Of a stretch of DNA of 64,000 nucleotides, positions 28,226-38,701 are shown piece by piece. The stretch covers positions 448,001-512,000 of the forward strand of contig CAWIKF010000001.1 in the NCBI GenBank assembly GCA_963836755.1, read 5' to 3'. The position numbers were made by a program, and so were the translations under genes. The stretch comes from an uncultured Verrucomicrobiae bacterium. GTDB lineage: Bacteria; Verrucomicrobiota; Verrucomicrobiia; Chthoniobacterales; Chthoniobacteraceae. A model generated the notes under the pieces. That model did not search any database and was not told where the DNA came from. It saw only the letters and a program-made list of their open reading frames with translations. How positions within the stretch are numbered: the first letter of the stretch is position 1; every line of letters begins with the position of its first letter.

Positions 28226-29470
28226 ATGGAATGCACTTCCCAAATCCAGCCTTCACTTGAGCATTTCGAGCGAGAGGAGCACACGATGCATATTTGCTTC
28301 CTGAACATGCAAATCGAGTATTACTCGCCTATTTCTGGAGGGGCTATCGCCACGGGCATCATGCAGCATGCGCGAAACTTTGTTAATCTCGGACATCAGG
28401 TGAGCGTTCTGACGATTACTAGCGCAGACGAAACCTATGCGGCGGGTGAGGTGATTCCGCTCGACGGCCGAAGCCGTGAAAGCCTCAACTTTGTGCAGCG
28501 CCGCCTCTCGAGTCTACGTCGCCGCTTGCAGAGCTGGGATTATCCCTACTATGAATACTATTGGAGATCCTGCAGAAAGGCCCTCGAAAGGCTATGTCCT
28601 GCTCCAGATGTGATCGTTCTTCACAATGACTTTGTAACTCCCAGATACCTAAAACGAATCTTGCCAAACACAAAAGTCGTCTTGGTTTTGCATAACGAGC
28701 AGAGGACCAGCTTACGCGACAAGGCCCGAGCAACAGAAAATGTGGACCTCTTTCTCCCAGTGAGTCGCTACATTCAGGAATGGACGGCGTCAAATTACCC
28801 AATCCCGCCCGTAAAGTTTGGTTCTTCGTGGAATGGCGTCGATCTCGAAGCATTCACTCCCCGAGTCGATTTTCTCGAACCCTCAATTCCGCTTCGGGTG
28901 CTTTTCATCGGCCGCATCGATCCGAACAAGGGCCCTGACATTGCCGCAGATGCTGTGACCGAGCTTCGAAAAGAAGGTATACCAATTTCGCTGACAGTTG
29001 CTGGTGGTCTCTGGTTCTATGGACATGGAGACGAAATGAATGACCCATACTTCCGGCTTCTGAAATCAAAGATGGACGCAGCAGAGGCATCTTGCCTCGG
29101 ACATGTAGTCAGGGCCGATGTGCCGAAGCTCATTCGAGACCATGACGTCGTTTGTGTTCTTTCGCGGTCGCAGGAGCCCTTCTCGCTCGTAGCCCTTGAA
29201 GCGATGGCTTCAGGGTGCGCAGTCGTTGCATCGAATCGCGGAGGATTGCCCGAAGCTTGCGGTGGTGCGGCCGTTCTGCTGGATCCGGATGATTTTTCGG
29301 AAGTAGTTAATCAATTAAGATCACTGGCAACGGATCCGAGCCGGTTGAAAGCATTGAAGATGAAGTCTTATGAGCGTGCGCAAGCTGAGGCTTGGTCTGC
29401 GAAAACGGAAGCGCTCGAGGCGGTGCTGAAACGAGAATTGGAACTGACAAGGGCTACCTCATTCCTGTGA
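28226..29470 (+). CDS. Glycosyltransferase family 4
   Basis: NGVD, GRIDPNKG, EPFSLVALEAMASG, GGLPE; start may be 28286. Confidence 0.92.
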   Translation: MECTSQIQPSLEHFEREEHTMHICFLNMQIEYYSPISGGAIATGIMQHARNFVNLGHQVSVLTITSADETYAAGEVIPLDGRSRESLNFVQRRLSSLRRRLQSWDYPYYEYYWRSCRKALERLCPAPDVIVLHNDFVTPRYLKRILPNTKVVLVLHNEQRTSLRDKARATENVDLFLPVSRYIQEWTASNYPIPPVKFGSSWNGVDLEAFTPRVDFLEPSIPLRVLFIGRIDPNKGPDIAADAVTELRKEGIPISLTVAGGLWFYGHGDEMNDPYFRLLKSKMDAAEASCLGHVVRADVPKLIRDHDVVCVLSRSQEPFSLVALEAMASGCAVVASNRGGLPEACGGAAVLLDPDDFSEVVNQLRSLATDPSRLKALKMKSYERAQAEAWSAKTEALEAVLKRELELTRATSFL

Positions 29471-30507
29471 CAACATTGACCAATCAACCGGTGCCTGAAG
29501 CCAGTTCTATCAGTGCCAACACTTGCCCGATTTGCGGCAGCGGCGAGTTTGAGCCGTTGTTTCAAGTTCCTTTCCCGAAACATACTTCTTTCGAAGGCAA
29601 GGGCTTTCCGCTGAGTTTTAAGCTCGATGTTCCTTCTTGGAGGATCGTGAAGTGCAAAGGTTGTTCCGTCCGTTATCCAAATCCCTATCCGTCTAAAGAA
29701 TCGATCGTTCGGTATTACGCCGATCAACTCGAGCCAAGCGACTGGGAAATGGAACACTATGTCGATATCCCTCAAAAAGGACGCGAGTCCTGGGCGCGAT
29801 TCGCACGCAACCTTACGCTGTTGAATAAGGGGCCAGGCTCAATGCTCGAAATAGGCTGCGCTGCCGGATGGGTCTTGCACGCCGCTCGTGAACAAGGTTG
29901 GGACGCGCATGGTATTGAAGCCTCGCCAAAGTTTCAGAAGTATGCGGCGACAACGCTCAAACTTCCTGTGAGACTAGGGACGATCGAGGATGTCGACTTT
30001 GAAGAAAAGAAATTCGACGTCATTATCAACACCGATGTCATAGAACATCTCTTCGATCCAGTTGCAGACTTGCAACGACTAAGGAAGATGATCAAGCCAA
30101 ATGGCTATCTTGTGATGGCCACGTGTGACATTGGAAGCGCCTGTGCATCATTCTGGGGTCTGGGCTGGCGTCAGCTTGTGATCAGTCACACCGTTTATTG
30201 GACTAAACACTCGATGGCTGTCGCGCTAAATCGAGCCGGGTTTCGGGTGGAACGCTACTCTGAACCGCGATACTGGCATCCAGTCTGGTGGAAGGAGATT
30301 CTCTTGCAAGTTCGTGAAATATTCAAATTGGTCGCACGTTACTTCCTGCTAAAAACCTATGTGCCAATAGTGAACAGGAGCCAATGGCTGCAAAAGCTCG
30401 TCGAGGTGCTTTCTCTCGGAAAGCTGGACCATTCGGGAATGCTCTATAGGATCGGCGATCAGCCAGTGCTCGGTGATGTGATGCTAGTTGTTGCCCGGCC
30501 AATATAA
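29467..30507 (+). CDS. Class I SAM-dependent methyltransferase with N-terminal Zn-ribbon
   Basis: CPICG...CKGC, LEIGCAAG, DVIEHLFDP, KPNG; GTG start overlapping the previous stop. Confidence 0.9.
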   Translation: MTTLTNQPVPEASSISANTCPICGSGEFEPLFQVPFPKHTSFEGKGFPLSFKLDVPSWRIVKCKGCSVRYPNPYPSKESIVRYYADQLEPSDWEMEHYVDIPQKGRESWARFARNLTLLNKGPGSMLEIGCAAGWVLHAAREQGWDAHGIEASPKFQKYAATTLKLPVRLGTIEDVDFEEKKFDVIINTDVIEHLFDPVADLQRLRKMIKPNGYLVMATCDIGSACASFWGLGWRQLVISHTVYWTKHSMAVALNRAGFRVERYSEPRYWHPVWWKEILLQVREIFKLVARYFLLKTYVPIVNRSQWLQKLVEVLSLGKLDHSGMLYRIGDQPVLGDVMLVVARPI

Positions 30508-30534
30508 TACAGCGATGAAATCAGAAAGACTACT

Positions 30535-31290
30535 ATGTTGAGATCCGTTAAAAACCAAATCCTCAAGGTTCCCGGCGTTGGGAAATTAACTCACGATTTG
30601 AAGAAAATCATGCGTGGGGATCCACCTATAACTTCGGGATCTATCTATGACGAGAATGTGCTGGCGCAATTGATCGGCAAAGATGATCCAATCATTCTTG
30701 ACATCGGCTGTAATGACGGAAGCGACACCTTGTGGCTTCTTGAACTATTTCAGCGGGCTCGAATCCATAGCTTCGAGCCCGACCCTCGAGCCAGAGCGAG
30801 ATATCTTAAACAAGTCTTGGACAAGAGAGCGACCTTGTCAGCCGTGGCAATTTCAAACAATGACGGCGTCGCCGAGTTTCACACCAGCAATGGAACAAAT
30901 CCAGTCGCAGAGGGACGGGAAAAATGTGAAAGCGGATGGGACCTTTCTGGGTCGTTGAGAAAGCCAAAGGAACACGTGGAAGCGCACCCTTGGTGCACCT
31001 TTGACAACACCATCAAGGTAGAGACAAAAAAACTGGACACTTGGGCTCAGGAAAACGGTATCGGAGCGATCGACTTAATATGGGCAGATGTGCAGGGAGC
31101 CGAGGCGGACCTCATTGAAGGTGGCAAAGAAGCTCTGCAAAGGACGCGGTATGTCTATACCGAATACAACAATCAGGAGCTTTACGAAGGCCAGGTAAAC
31201 CTTAGTCGATTATTGAAGTTGGTGCCTGACTTTGAAGTCGTTCACAATTATGGAAACGACGTGCTTTTACGTAATAAGCGTCAAGCGTAG
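30535..31290 (+). CDS. FkbM-family methyltransferase (NoeI-like)
   Basis: LDIGCNDG, SFEPDPR, SGSLRKP, WADVQGAE, YEGQ. Confidence 0.92.
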   Translation: MLRSVKNQILKVPGVGKLTHDLKKIMRGDPPITSGSIYDENVLAQLIGKDDPIILDIGCNDGSDTLWLLELFQRARIHSFEPDPRARARYLKQVLDKRATLSAVAISNNDGVAEFHTSNGTNPVAEGREKCESGWDLSGSLRKPKEHVEAHPWCTFDNTIKVETKKLDTWAQENGIGAIDLIWADVQGAEADLIEGGKEALQRTRYVYTEYNNQELYEGQVNLSRLLKLVPDFEVVHNYGNDVLLRNKRQA

Positions 31291-31357
31291 AGAAGGCATG
31301 GCTGTCGGCATTAGTCTCTCCTGTCGGTGTTAACGGGCAATCTCGCGCGGGTCAATT

Positions 31358-32419
31358 GTGCCAAAGATCGCATTCATTTCCCTTTACCTTCCGAGCGGGA
31401 GTAAAATCGGGGTAGGCTATCAAGCTCACGCGATGGCCAATGTATTTGTCGGACGTGGATGGGAGGTTACCATGCATAGCCCGTGCGAGTGTCCAGAAGA
31501 TGCGCTCTATCATCACATCAAGGTTCCGGTTGGTGACTCAATGCGGACGTTTCGATTTGCGTGGGAATTGGGGCGATTGGACTGGAGCAGCTTCGACGTC
31601 GTGCATGCGCATGGTGATGATTATTTCCTTTGGATGAAAACGCCGGTTCACGTTCGCACAATGCACGGTTCGTGTCTTGCGGAAGCGCTGCACATCACGG
31701 GTGCGAAGAACAAGCTGCGGATGCTGGGATTGGGTCTTTCTGAGGTAGTCGCCGCGGCCGCAGCTCATCGCACTGTGGGCGTGTCGGAGAATACTTTACG
31801 AAGCTATCCATGGATTCATCAGATGATTCCAAACGGGGTGAACCTCGAGAAGTATTGTCCCACCGAGCAAAAGGAATCTGTTCCGACGATCCTTTTCGTC
31901 GGCACCTACAAAAATCGCAAACGCGGCGAACTTTTAATGAAGGTTTTCGAGGATTGCGTGCGACCCGCGTTGCCAGATGCGAAGCTTTGGATGGTCTGCA
32001 GTGATGCGCCATCTGCGCCCGGAGTTACTGTTTTCGGCCGTGTTACGGAGGATAAGCTTGTTGAGCTGTATCGCAAAGCATGGGTGTTCTCGTTGCCCAG
32101 CAGCTATGAGGGCTTTGGAGTTCCTTACATCGAGGCGATGGCGAGTGGAACTGCTGTTGTGGCAACGCCAAATCCCGGGGCGAAAGAGGTGCTAGGCGAG
32201 GGAAGCTTTGGTCATCTTGTGGAGCCCGGCGAATTAGGTCACGCGCTCGTTGATCTTTTAAAGGATCCCATCAAGCGAGCTCACTTTGAAAAACAGGGGC
32301 TGCAACGTGCACAGGATTTTAGTTGGACGAGGATTGCGCAGCAATACGAAGAGCTGTATCAAGAGTTAGGCGCGGCCTCACCGGAACGTCGGCGGGAACC
32401 AGCTTTTTCGGAGTCATGA
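31358..32419 (+). CDS. Glycosyltransferase family 4
   Basis: IPNGV, RKRG, EGFGVPYIEAMASG. Confidence 0.92.
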   Translation: MPKIAFISLYLPSGSKIGVGYQAHAMANVFVGRGWEVTMHSPCECPEDALYHHIKVPVGDSMRTFRFAWELGRLDWSSFDVVHAHGDDYFLWMKTPVHVRTMHGSCLAEALHITGAKNKLRMLGLGLSEVVAAAAAHRTVGVSENTLRSYPWIHQMIPNGVNLEKYCPTEQKESVPTILFVGTYKNRKRGELLMKVFEDCVRPALPDAKLWMVCSDAPSAPGVTVFGRVTEDKLVELYRKAWVFSLPSSYEGFGVPYIEAMASGTAVVATPNPGAKEVLGEGSFGHLVEPGELGHALVDLLKDPIKRAHFEKQGLQRAQDFSWTRIAQQYEELYQELGAASPERRREPAFSES

Positions 32420-33588
32420 ACATTGCCCTTTTCGCAAGCGCATTTCATCCGCATTTCGGAGGCGTGGAAGAACTTGTGCGCCAGCTTGCACACGAGTTAC
32501 AGAGTCGCGGGCATCACGTGATTGTTTTGACGAACCGGTGGCCGCGTTCGTTGGCGGCATATGAGGAATTCGAAGGGCTTCCAGTTTATCGACTACCATT
32601 TCGCATCGCCGAGCAGAGTCTGAAATCAAAGATAACTTACCGTCTAACACATGATCGCATATGTGCGCAGATGTTCAGGATATTGGAGCGACATTCCATC
32701 GAGGTCCTGCATGTCCAATGCGTCAGTTCAAATGCCTACTATGCGTTGGAAGCAAGAGAAGTTTGTAGTCTACCGCTGGTCGTAACGCTGCAAGGTGAAT
32801 TAACAATGGACGCAAACCAGCTGTATCAGCGCTCGGCATGGGCGCAGGAGACTTTGCGGCGTGCGTTGCGCGAAGCGGAGCTGGTGACCGGTTGCTCAGC
32901 GAAAACGATTAGTGATGCCGAAGGATTTTTGGAAGAACCTTTGCCGAAAGCACGCGCGATATTTAACGCAGCTAATCTAGAAGACTTTGCTAATGCCAAG
33001 CCGTGGAAGCACGAGCGCCCTTACATTTTCGCGCTTGGTCGGCTGGTTCCACAGAAAGGAATGGATCTTTTGATCGAAGGTTATGCGGAAGCCGATCTGG
33101 CCGACTTTGACTTATTGATCGCCGGCGACGGACCGGAACGTCCACCATTGCAGGAGTTGGTTCAAAAGCTTGGCTTGCAACAGCGTGTGCATTTGCTTGG
33201 AAGGGCTGAGCGCCTAAAGGTCGCCTCACTTTTTCTTGGCTGCTCCTTCTTTGCATTGCCTTCGCGGGCGGATGAAGGGTTACCGGTTGTCTGTGCGGAA
33301 GCAATGGCTGCGGGGAAAGCTGTGATCGCTGCGCGCGCGGGAGGCACACCTGAAGCCGTGATCGATGGAGAAAACGGAATCATTTTCGAAAAAGAGGACC
33401 GGCCAGCCCTTGTGGCTGGCCTAAAGAAGCTTGCCTACGATCCGATATTGCGGGAGCAGTTCGGGAAAGCCGGCGCAAGACGAGCAGCGGAGTTTTCGTG
33501 GCCCTGCGTTACGGAGCAATACCTTGCTGCCTATCAAGATGCGCAGCGGCTTACTTCAAACGTGTTGTCAGTGGGTGCCGACCGGTGA
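32416..33588 (+). CDS. Glycosyltransferase family 4
   Basis: GGVEE, GRLVPQKG, AGDGP, EGLPVVCAEAMAAG. Confidence 0.93.
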   Translation: MNIALFASAFHPHFGGVEELVRQLAHELQSRGHHVIVLTNRWPRSLAAYEEFEGLPVYRLPFRIAEQSLKSKITYRLTHDRICAQMFRILERHSIEVLHVQCVSSNAYYALEAREVCSLPLVVTLQGELTMDANQLYQRSAWAQETLRRALREAELVTGCSAKTISDAEGFLEEPLPKARAIFNAANLEDFANAKPWKHERPYIFALGRLVPQKGMDLLIEGYAEADLADFDLLIAGDGPERPPLQELVQKLGLQQRVHLLGRAERLKVASLFLGCSFFALPSRADEGLPVVCAEAMAAGKAVIAARAGGTPEAVIDGENGIIFEKEDRPALVAGLKKLAYDPILREQFGKAGARRAAEFSWPCVTEQYLAAYQDAQRLTSNVLSVGADR

Positions 33589-33591
33589 CTC

Positions 33592-34491
33592 ATGGTAATA
33601 GTTCGCATCTGGGGTGGTCTCGGAAATCAACTCTTTCAATATGCCGCAGGTTTTGCGGTCGCCTCGAAACTCAAGACGACGCTTCTCCTTGACACCTGGC
33701 GTAACGACCTCGATCCCAACCGACCAAATGAACTGCACCACTTCAATGTTACGGCGCGTCCGTGGAATAAGAAGGAGCGGACTTTTTGGGAAAAGATCAT
33801 CAGGATTGTTCGACCCTCGGATGGACAAACGGGCCGATGGGCAAGGTTCTTGAAAAAGAGTATCCAACCCTTCGTCAACGGCCGTTTTAATTACGTCGAG
33901 GATTTGTATTGCGGGTATCAGCCGCAGATTTTTTCTCATCAAAATCACGTGTATCTGGCAGGGACATGGGCGTCTGAGAAATATTTTGAAGAAGTGTCCG
34001 CTCCGGTTAGGGCCCAATATGCACTCAAGCGTCCGCCGGATGATGAGAACCTTCGGATGCTGGACAAGATGAGCTCTTCCGAATCGATTTGTCTGCATGT
34101 TAGAAGAGGTGATTATGTTTCAGTTCCAGAGACGCGTGAGCGTCATGGACTTTGCAGCCTTGACTATTACAACAGGTCTTTGGAATACCTTTCGCAACGA
34201 CTGAAGGATCCGACCGTCTATGTCTTTTCGGATGATCCAGGTTGGGTGAAGGATAACCTTCGACCTGTGCAGAGAACGTGCTACGTGACTCATAACTTTG
34301 GGCGACAAAATCACCTGGACCTGCCTCTCATGTCTGCGTGTCAGCACTTCATCATCGCCAACAGCACATTCAGCTGGTGGGGGGCATGGTTGTCGGATCG
34401 GCCAGGCAAGATTGTCATCGCTCCCAGGCAATGGACGGCGGATTCTTCGAGGCTTGATGATCCTATTCCCGAAAGATGGATCAGACTATGA
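33592..34491 (+). CDS. Alpha-1,2-fucosyltransferase-like, GT11
   Basis: GGLGNQLFQYA, HVRRGDY, FSDD, NSTFSWWGA. Confidence 0.95.
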   Translation: MVIVRIWGGLGNQLFQYAAGFAVASKLKTTLLLDTWRNDLDPNRPNELHHFNVTARPWNKKERTFWEKIIRIVRPSDGQTGRWARFLKKSIQPFVNGRFNYVEDLYCGYQPQIFSHQNHVYLAGTWASEKYFEEVSAPVRAQYALKRPPDDENLRMLDKMSSSESICLHVRRGDYVSVPETRERHGLCSLDYYNRSLEYLSQRLKDPTVYVFSDDPGWVKDNLRPVQRTCYVTHNFGRQNHLDLPLMSACQHFIIANSTFSWWGAWLSDRPGKIVIAPRQWTADSSRLDDPIPERWIRL

Positions 34492-35720
34492 CGGCGGTTC
34501 GGTCAAATCCCGACTCTCTTGCACGCGTATCCGTGAAGGATGAGCTTGAAGTGGAAAGCACTGGAAAGATGAGTCCGCGCCCTTTCATCTTTGTTCCGAT
34601 TCCAGGCGACCATTATACGCCTTTGAATGGCAGCGCGATCATGACGTTGGTGTATGAGTTTACACGGAAGCATGTGGAGGCCGGTGGGCATTCGCGGATC
34701 ATTATTGGTCGCAACGCAATGCATGACTATGACGCTGGAGAGTGCGTAAAGGTCGACTTTGGCCCACTACCATCTCGGAATCAAAAAATTGTCGACATCG
34801 CGGCAGGACGACTGGGAATGGAACGTCCGAATATCAACAGAGTTTATTCGCCGGCACTTGGAGCCGTGGAGAAAAACTTCGACGGCACGATCTTTATACA
34901 AAATACGGGCAGCCCGACGCGTCTTTTTAAACGGCATAGCCCTAACGCTCAAGTGTGTGTTAATGTTCACAACGCCGTGTTTGATACTTATGGTTCGCGA
35001 GAGCTGCACCAAACAGTCGACGCAGCGGATCTAGTCATATGTAACTGCCACTTTCTCGCCGAGCAGTTGTCCCAAAGGTTGCACCGCGGACTGGAAAAGT
35101 TGCGGGTGGTCCACAACGGCGTTGATACTTCGCGTTTCGTTCCGCGGAGGGAACTGATTCCCGATGATGAAGTCGTTATTCTGTTTGTTGCGCGAATGGT
35201 TCCGACTAAAGGAGCGGATCTCTTGATCAATGCAGCCCTTGAACTTCAGCGGATGGGTAAGCGTTTTAAGCTACGCATTGTGGGAAGTCGGGGCTTTTCC
35301 GACAAAGATCCTCTTTCAGGATATGAGCTTGATCTTCGAAAGATGGCGGAGCCCTTAGGTAGTCGCGTTGAGTTTCTTCCTTTCATGGACCGGAATAAGA
35401 TTCTCTCTATATACCAATCCGCCTCAGTTTTTTGCGCACCGTCCAACTATGATGAGCCGTGCACGCTCGCTATCCCCGAGGCGATGTCGTGCGGTGTCCC
35501 CGTCGTAGCTTCGAGACGCGGAGGGATTCCCGAGATAGGAGCCGATGCGATCCTTTACTTCGATCCACCAAACACGAAGGATCTTGCGGACAAGCTTGCC
35601 AGCCTGGTTGACGATGAGGCTGCCCGTGTCGACTTTGGACGACGTGCTCGAGCACGTGCAGAAGAAATGGATTGGACCATTCAATATCGGGTGCAGTGTG
35701 ACGCATTGGGAAAATCCTAG
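34488..35720 (+). CDS. Glycosyltransferase family 4
   Basis: HNGVD, ARMVPTKG, EPCTLAIPEAMSCG, GGIPE. Confidence 0.92.
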   Translation: MTAVRSNPDSLARVSVKDELEVESTGKMSPRPFIFVPIPGDHYTPLNGSAIMTLVYEFTRKHVEAGGHSRIIIGRNAMHDYDAGECVKVDFGPLPSRNQKIVDIAAGRLGMERPNINRVYSPALGAVEKNFDGTIFIQNTGSPTRLFKRHSPNAQVCVNVHNAVFDTYGSRELHQTVDAADLVICNCHFLAEQLSQRLHRGLEKLRVVHNGVDTSRFVPRRELIPDDEVVILFVARMVPTKGADLLINAALELQRMGKRFKLRIVGSRGFSDKDPLSGYELDLRKMAEPLGSRVEFLPFMDRNKILSIYQSASVFCAPSNYDEPCTLAIPEAMSCGVPVVASRRGGIPEIGADAILYFDPPNTKDLADKLASLVDDEAARVDFGRRARARAEEMDWTIQYRVQCDALGKS

Positions 35721-35727
35721 TCGGGCC

Positions 35728-36933
35728 ATGTTGGAAACAGTTTCATTAGCCGATCTTCCGAAGAACGAAACTACCGAGGCGGAGATGCCCGACTTGATCT
35801 TCGTTTCGATGGAAAACTGGGACGAAGTGTGGAGACGGAATCAATTTCTTTGTTCCAGCTTGGCACGGCGCTTTCCGGATCGGAAGATTCTATTCGTCGG
35901 CATGCCTTGGGACGTTACGAGGCATCTGAGACGAGGAACCTTGAGAGAATTGCGGAAGCCGATCACGTGGAAGATCCCGGCGCTGCCTAATATCACGGTT
36001 GCTCATCCATTGAAGTTTTTTCCCGAGTCTTTCAAGATCGGGCAGTGGTTAAATGAGTGGATCAGCCGCATTCAATTGCGCCGGACCGCACGGCGCCTTC
36101 GGATGAAGCAGCCACTCCTTTGGTTGAATCCGCATTCCGCCGTGCATATGGCGGGAGAGATGGGAGAGCGCGCCGTTATCTATGACATTACCGACGACTG
36201 GAGCCTGACACCGTGCTTTTCGGAAAAACTTCGTGAGCGAATCAAAGAACAGGACACGAAGCTATGCGGGCTCGCCGATCTAGTCATTGTTTGCTCTGAT
36301 GATCTTTACAGGACTAGGAAACAAGCATGCCGACGCATCCTTCTTTTGCCCAACGGGGTGAATGTTGAGCATTACAGCAAAGCGCTGCCGGCAGCAGAGC
36401 CCGACGGATTGCAAAGGCCCGTTTTTGGCTACACCGGCACGCTGCATCCCGATCGGACTGACGTCTCGCTCATCGCGGCACTTGCGGACGCATTCCCAGA
36501 GGGCACGGTCATGCTTGTCGGACCGAATCATTTTACATCCCGCGAAAACGAGATTCTGGCATCTCGGCGGAACGTGGTCATGCCAGGAGCTGCGCCGTAT
36601 GCTCAAATTCCGGAAATCATGAATCGGTTTGACGTCTGCATCGTGCCGCACGTCGAGACGCCATTTACCGAGAGCCTTAACCCTATTAAACTTTGGGAGT
36701 ATTTGGCATCCGGAAAGCCGATAGTCAGCTCGAACATCGCGGGCTTTCGAGACTACGCACACCTATGCAAGATCGCGTCCGGCACGGAAGAGTTTGTAAA
36801 GGCGTGCCAGCTTGCGTTACGTGAAAACGGGAGCCAACGTGCTGAGAGAATGAGTGAGGCCCGACGAAATACTTGGGAAAGCCGCGTGGATGGCTTGCTT
36901 TCTGCACTTAAAGAGCAGCAATTGGTGAACTAA
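35728..36933 (+). CDS. GT-B glycosyltransferase (TuaH-like, GT4-related)
   Basis: W...RRNQFL, YDITDDW, PNGV, GYTG, NPIKLWEYLASGKPIV. Confidence 0.9.
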   Translation: MLETVSLADLPKNETTEAEMPDLIFVSMENWDEVWRRNQFLCSSLARRFPDRKILFVGMPWDVTRHLRRGTLRELRKPITWKIPALPNITVAHPLKFFPESFKIGQWLNEWISRIQLRRTARRLRMKQPLLWLNPHSAVHMAGEMGERAVIYDITDDWSLTPCFSEKLRERIKEQDTKLCGLADLVIVCSDDLYRTRKQACRRILLLPNGVNVEHYSKALPAAEPDGLQRPVFGYTGTLHPDRTDVSLIAALADAFPEGTVMLVGPNHFTSRENEILASRRNVVMPGAAPYAQIPEIMNRFDVCIVPHVETPFTESLNPIKLWEYLASGKPIVSSNIAGFRDYAHLCKIASGTEEFVKACQLALRENGSQRAERMSEARRNTWESRVDGLLSALKEQQLVN

Positions 36934-36951
36934 AGCGATAGATTTGATCAC

Positions 36952-37746
36952 ATGTCCCAAGAGGTATTAAATGCCGAAGAACAGAAGCGTCTGGATATCG
37001 AGTATCATAAGAGCGCTGCCGCCAAGTATGATGCCGACGTCACGAGCTACTTTCACTTCTATCATGTTTACTCTCTACACCCTTGGGTTCAGCGGCTTCT
37101 GCGCCGGTATCCACAGGCTTCTGCAGTAGATCTCGGAACTGGCACGGGAGTCGTCGCCTGCACATTGGCGAAGTTCGGCTGTCGCGTCCGCGCGATCGAT
37201 CATTCGGCGGAGATGTTGGCAATCGCACAACAGCGCGCAAAGTCCGACGGAGTGGATGGACGGATTGATTTCGACTTGGGAGATGGGGAGAAACTTCCCT
37301 ACGCTGACAACTCTTTCGACGCAGCGACTATTCAAGGCGTGCTGCATCATCTGCCAGATAACGGTCCTTTGTTACGAGAAGCTTACAGAGTGCTTCGCGC
37401 CGACGGAGAGCTATATATCTCGGAACCTTGCGACGAAGGCACGGCTATCAGTAAGTTTCTGAATCGTCTATTGCCGCGTCTAAAGGCGCTCTTAAGGCTG
37501 GGCTCACACCATCCCGATGTTTCGGAGCATGAAGCACCGATCTCGGGACCGAAGCTAATCTCTGACTTGCGAGCAATGGGATTTGCCGTGGAGTCGGAGT
37601 ATCTGGTGAATGTCGGCGTGGTTCGCTTTCTCCCTAAGTCATTGCGAATCTGGACGACTCTGGCACTTTCGCTGCCCACGCGTCACCGGCGCGGAGATCT
37701 TGTTTTTATAGTCGCAAAGAAAACGTCCGCCAAGTTGGCTGCCTGA
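36952..37746 (+). CDS. Class I SAM-dependent methyltransferase
   Basis: DLGTGTG, GDGEKLPYADNSFD, VLHH, RVLR..G. Confidence 0.92.
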   Translation: MSQEVLNAEEQKRLDIEYHKSAAAKYDADVTSYFHFYHVYSLHPWVQRLLRRYPQASAVDLGTGTGVVACTLAKFGCRVRAIDHSAEMLAIAQQRAKSDGVDGRIDFDLGDGEKLPYADNSFDAATIQGVLHHLPDNGPLLREAYRVLRADGELYISEPCDEGTAISKFLNRLLPRLKALLRLGSHHPDVSEHEAPISGPKLISDLRAMGFAVESEYLVNVGVVRFLPKSLRIWTTLALSLPTRHRRGDLVFIVAKKTSAKLAA

Positions 37747-37765
37747 TAGGCACGCATGCGAGGGC

Positions 37766-38692
37766 ATGCCTCTGATGAACATTTCTGCAATCGTAGTGAG
37801 TTATAATACCCGTGAGATGACGCTCCGTTGTCTGGATGCGCTGGAAGCTGCACTCAGGGAATTTAAGGTCGAAATCATTCTTGTAGATAATGCATCCAAG
37901 GATGGCAGCGCAGAGGCAGCGCGCGCTGCCTTTCCCTCCGTAAAAGTGTTTGCGAGTCCGCGGAATGGTGGATTCGGTGCCGCGAATAATGAAGCAATGC
38001 AAGCCGCGAGCGGGGACTACTTTCTGCTGGTCAACAGCGATGCTTTTATCGAGGCAGAGGCAATAGAAACGATGCTTGATTTCATGCGCGTAAATCCGAG
38101 AGTCGCCGTCGTAGGTCCAACACTGGTGAACCACGATGGTTCCGCTCAGGATTCCTGCTTTCGATTTCCATCACCAAGCTATGCATGGATGGAAAACCTC
38201 TGGTTGTCAAACGGTTACAAACACAATCGACGCGACGAAATCCGCAGTGTCGATTTTGTTATTGGCGCCTGTATGCTTGTCCGCAGGTCTGCTTATGAAG
38301 AAGTAGGTGGGTTTGATGAACAGTTCTTCATGTATTGCGAGGAGGCTGATTGGCAGCGGCGCATGCAGGACCGGGGATGGGAAGTAATGTATATACCGAC
38401 GGTTCCGATTCTTCACATCGCCGGGGCGAGTGATACGCAAAAGGTAGCTATCAGCGAGGTTTTCTTCAAAAGCCTCGATCGTTACATCATGAAACATCAC
38501 GGCTTCCCGGGCTTACTGTCCTTTCGCTGCGCGATGGTGCTGGGCTGCACGATGCGCGCCGCCATTTGGAGCGTGGCATCTTTGATTCAAAATCCTTCCG
38601 GACGCGCATCAGCCAGGCGCCGTCGTCATCTCGCCCTGATCCGGCGGCAGGCGATGGATTGGTCATGGAACCACAGCTCGCAACCCATCTAG
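37766..38692 (+). CDS. Glycosyltransferase family 2 (WbbL-like)
   Basis: IVVSYN, VDNASKDGS, NGGFGAANN, NSDA, GACML, FFMYCEEADW. Confidence 0.93.
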   Translation: MPLMNISAIVVSYNTREMTLRCLDALEAALREFKVEIILVDNASKDGSAEAARAAFPSVKVFASPRNGGFGAANNEAMQAASGDYFLLVNSDAFIEAEAIETMLDFMRVNPRVAVVGPTLVNHDGSAQDSCFRFPSPSYAWMENLWLSNGYKHNRRDEIRSVDFVIGACMLVRRSAYEEVGGFDEQFFMYCEEADWQRRMQDRGWEVMYIPTVPILHIAGASDTQKVAISEVFFKSLDRYIMKHHGFPGLLSFRCAMVLGCTMRAAIWSVASLIQNPSGRASARRRRHLALIRRQAMDWSWNHSSQPI

Positions 38693-38701
38693 TTTTCTCC
38701 C

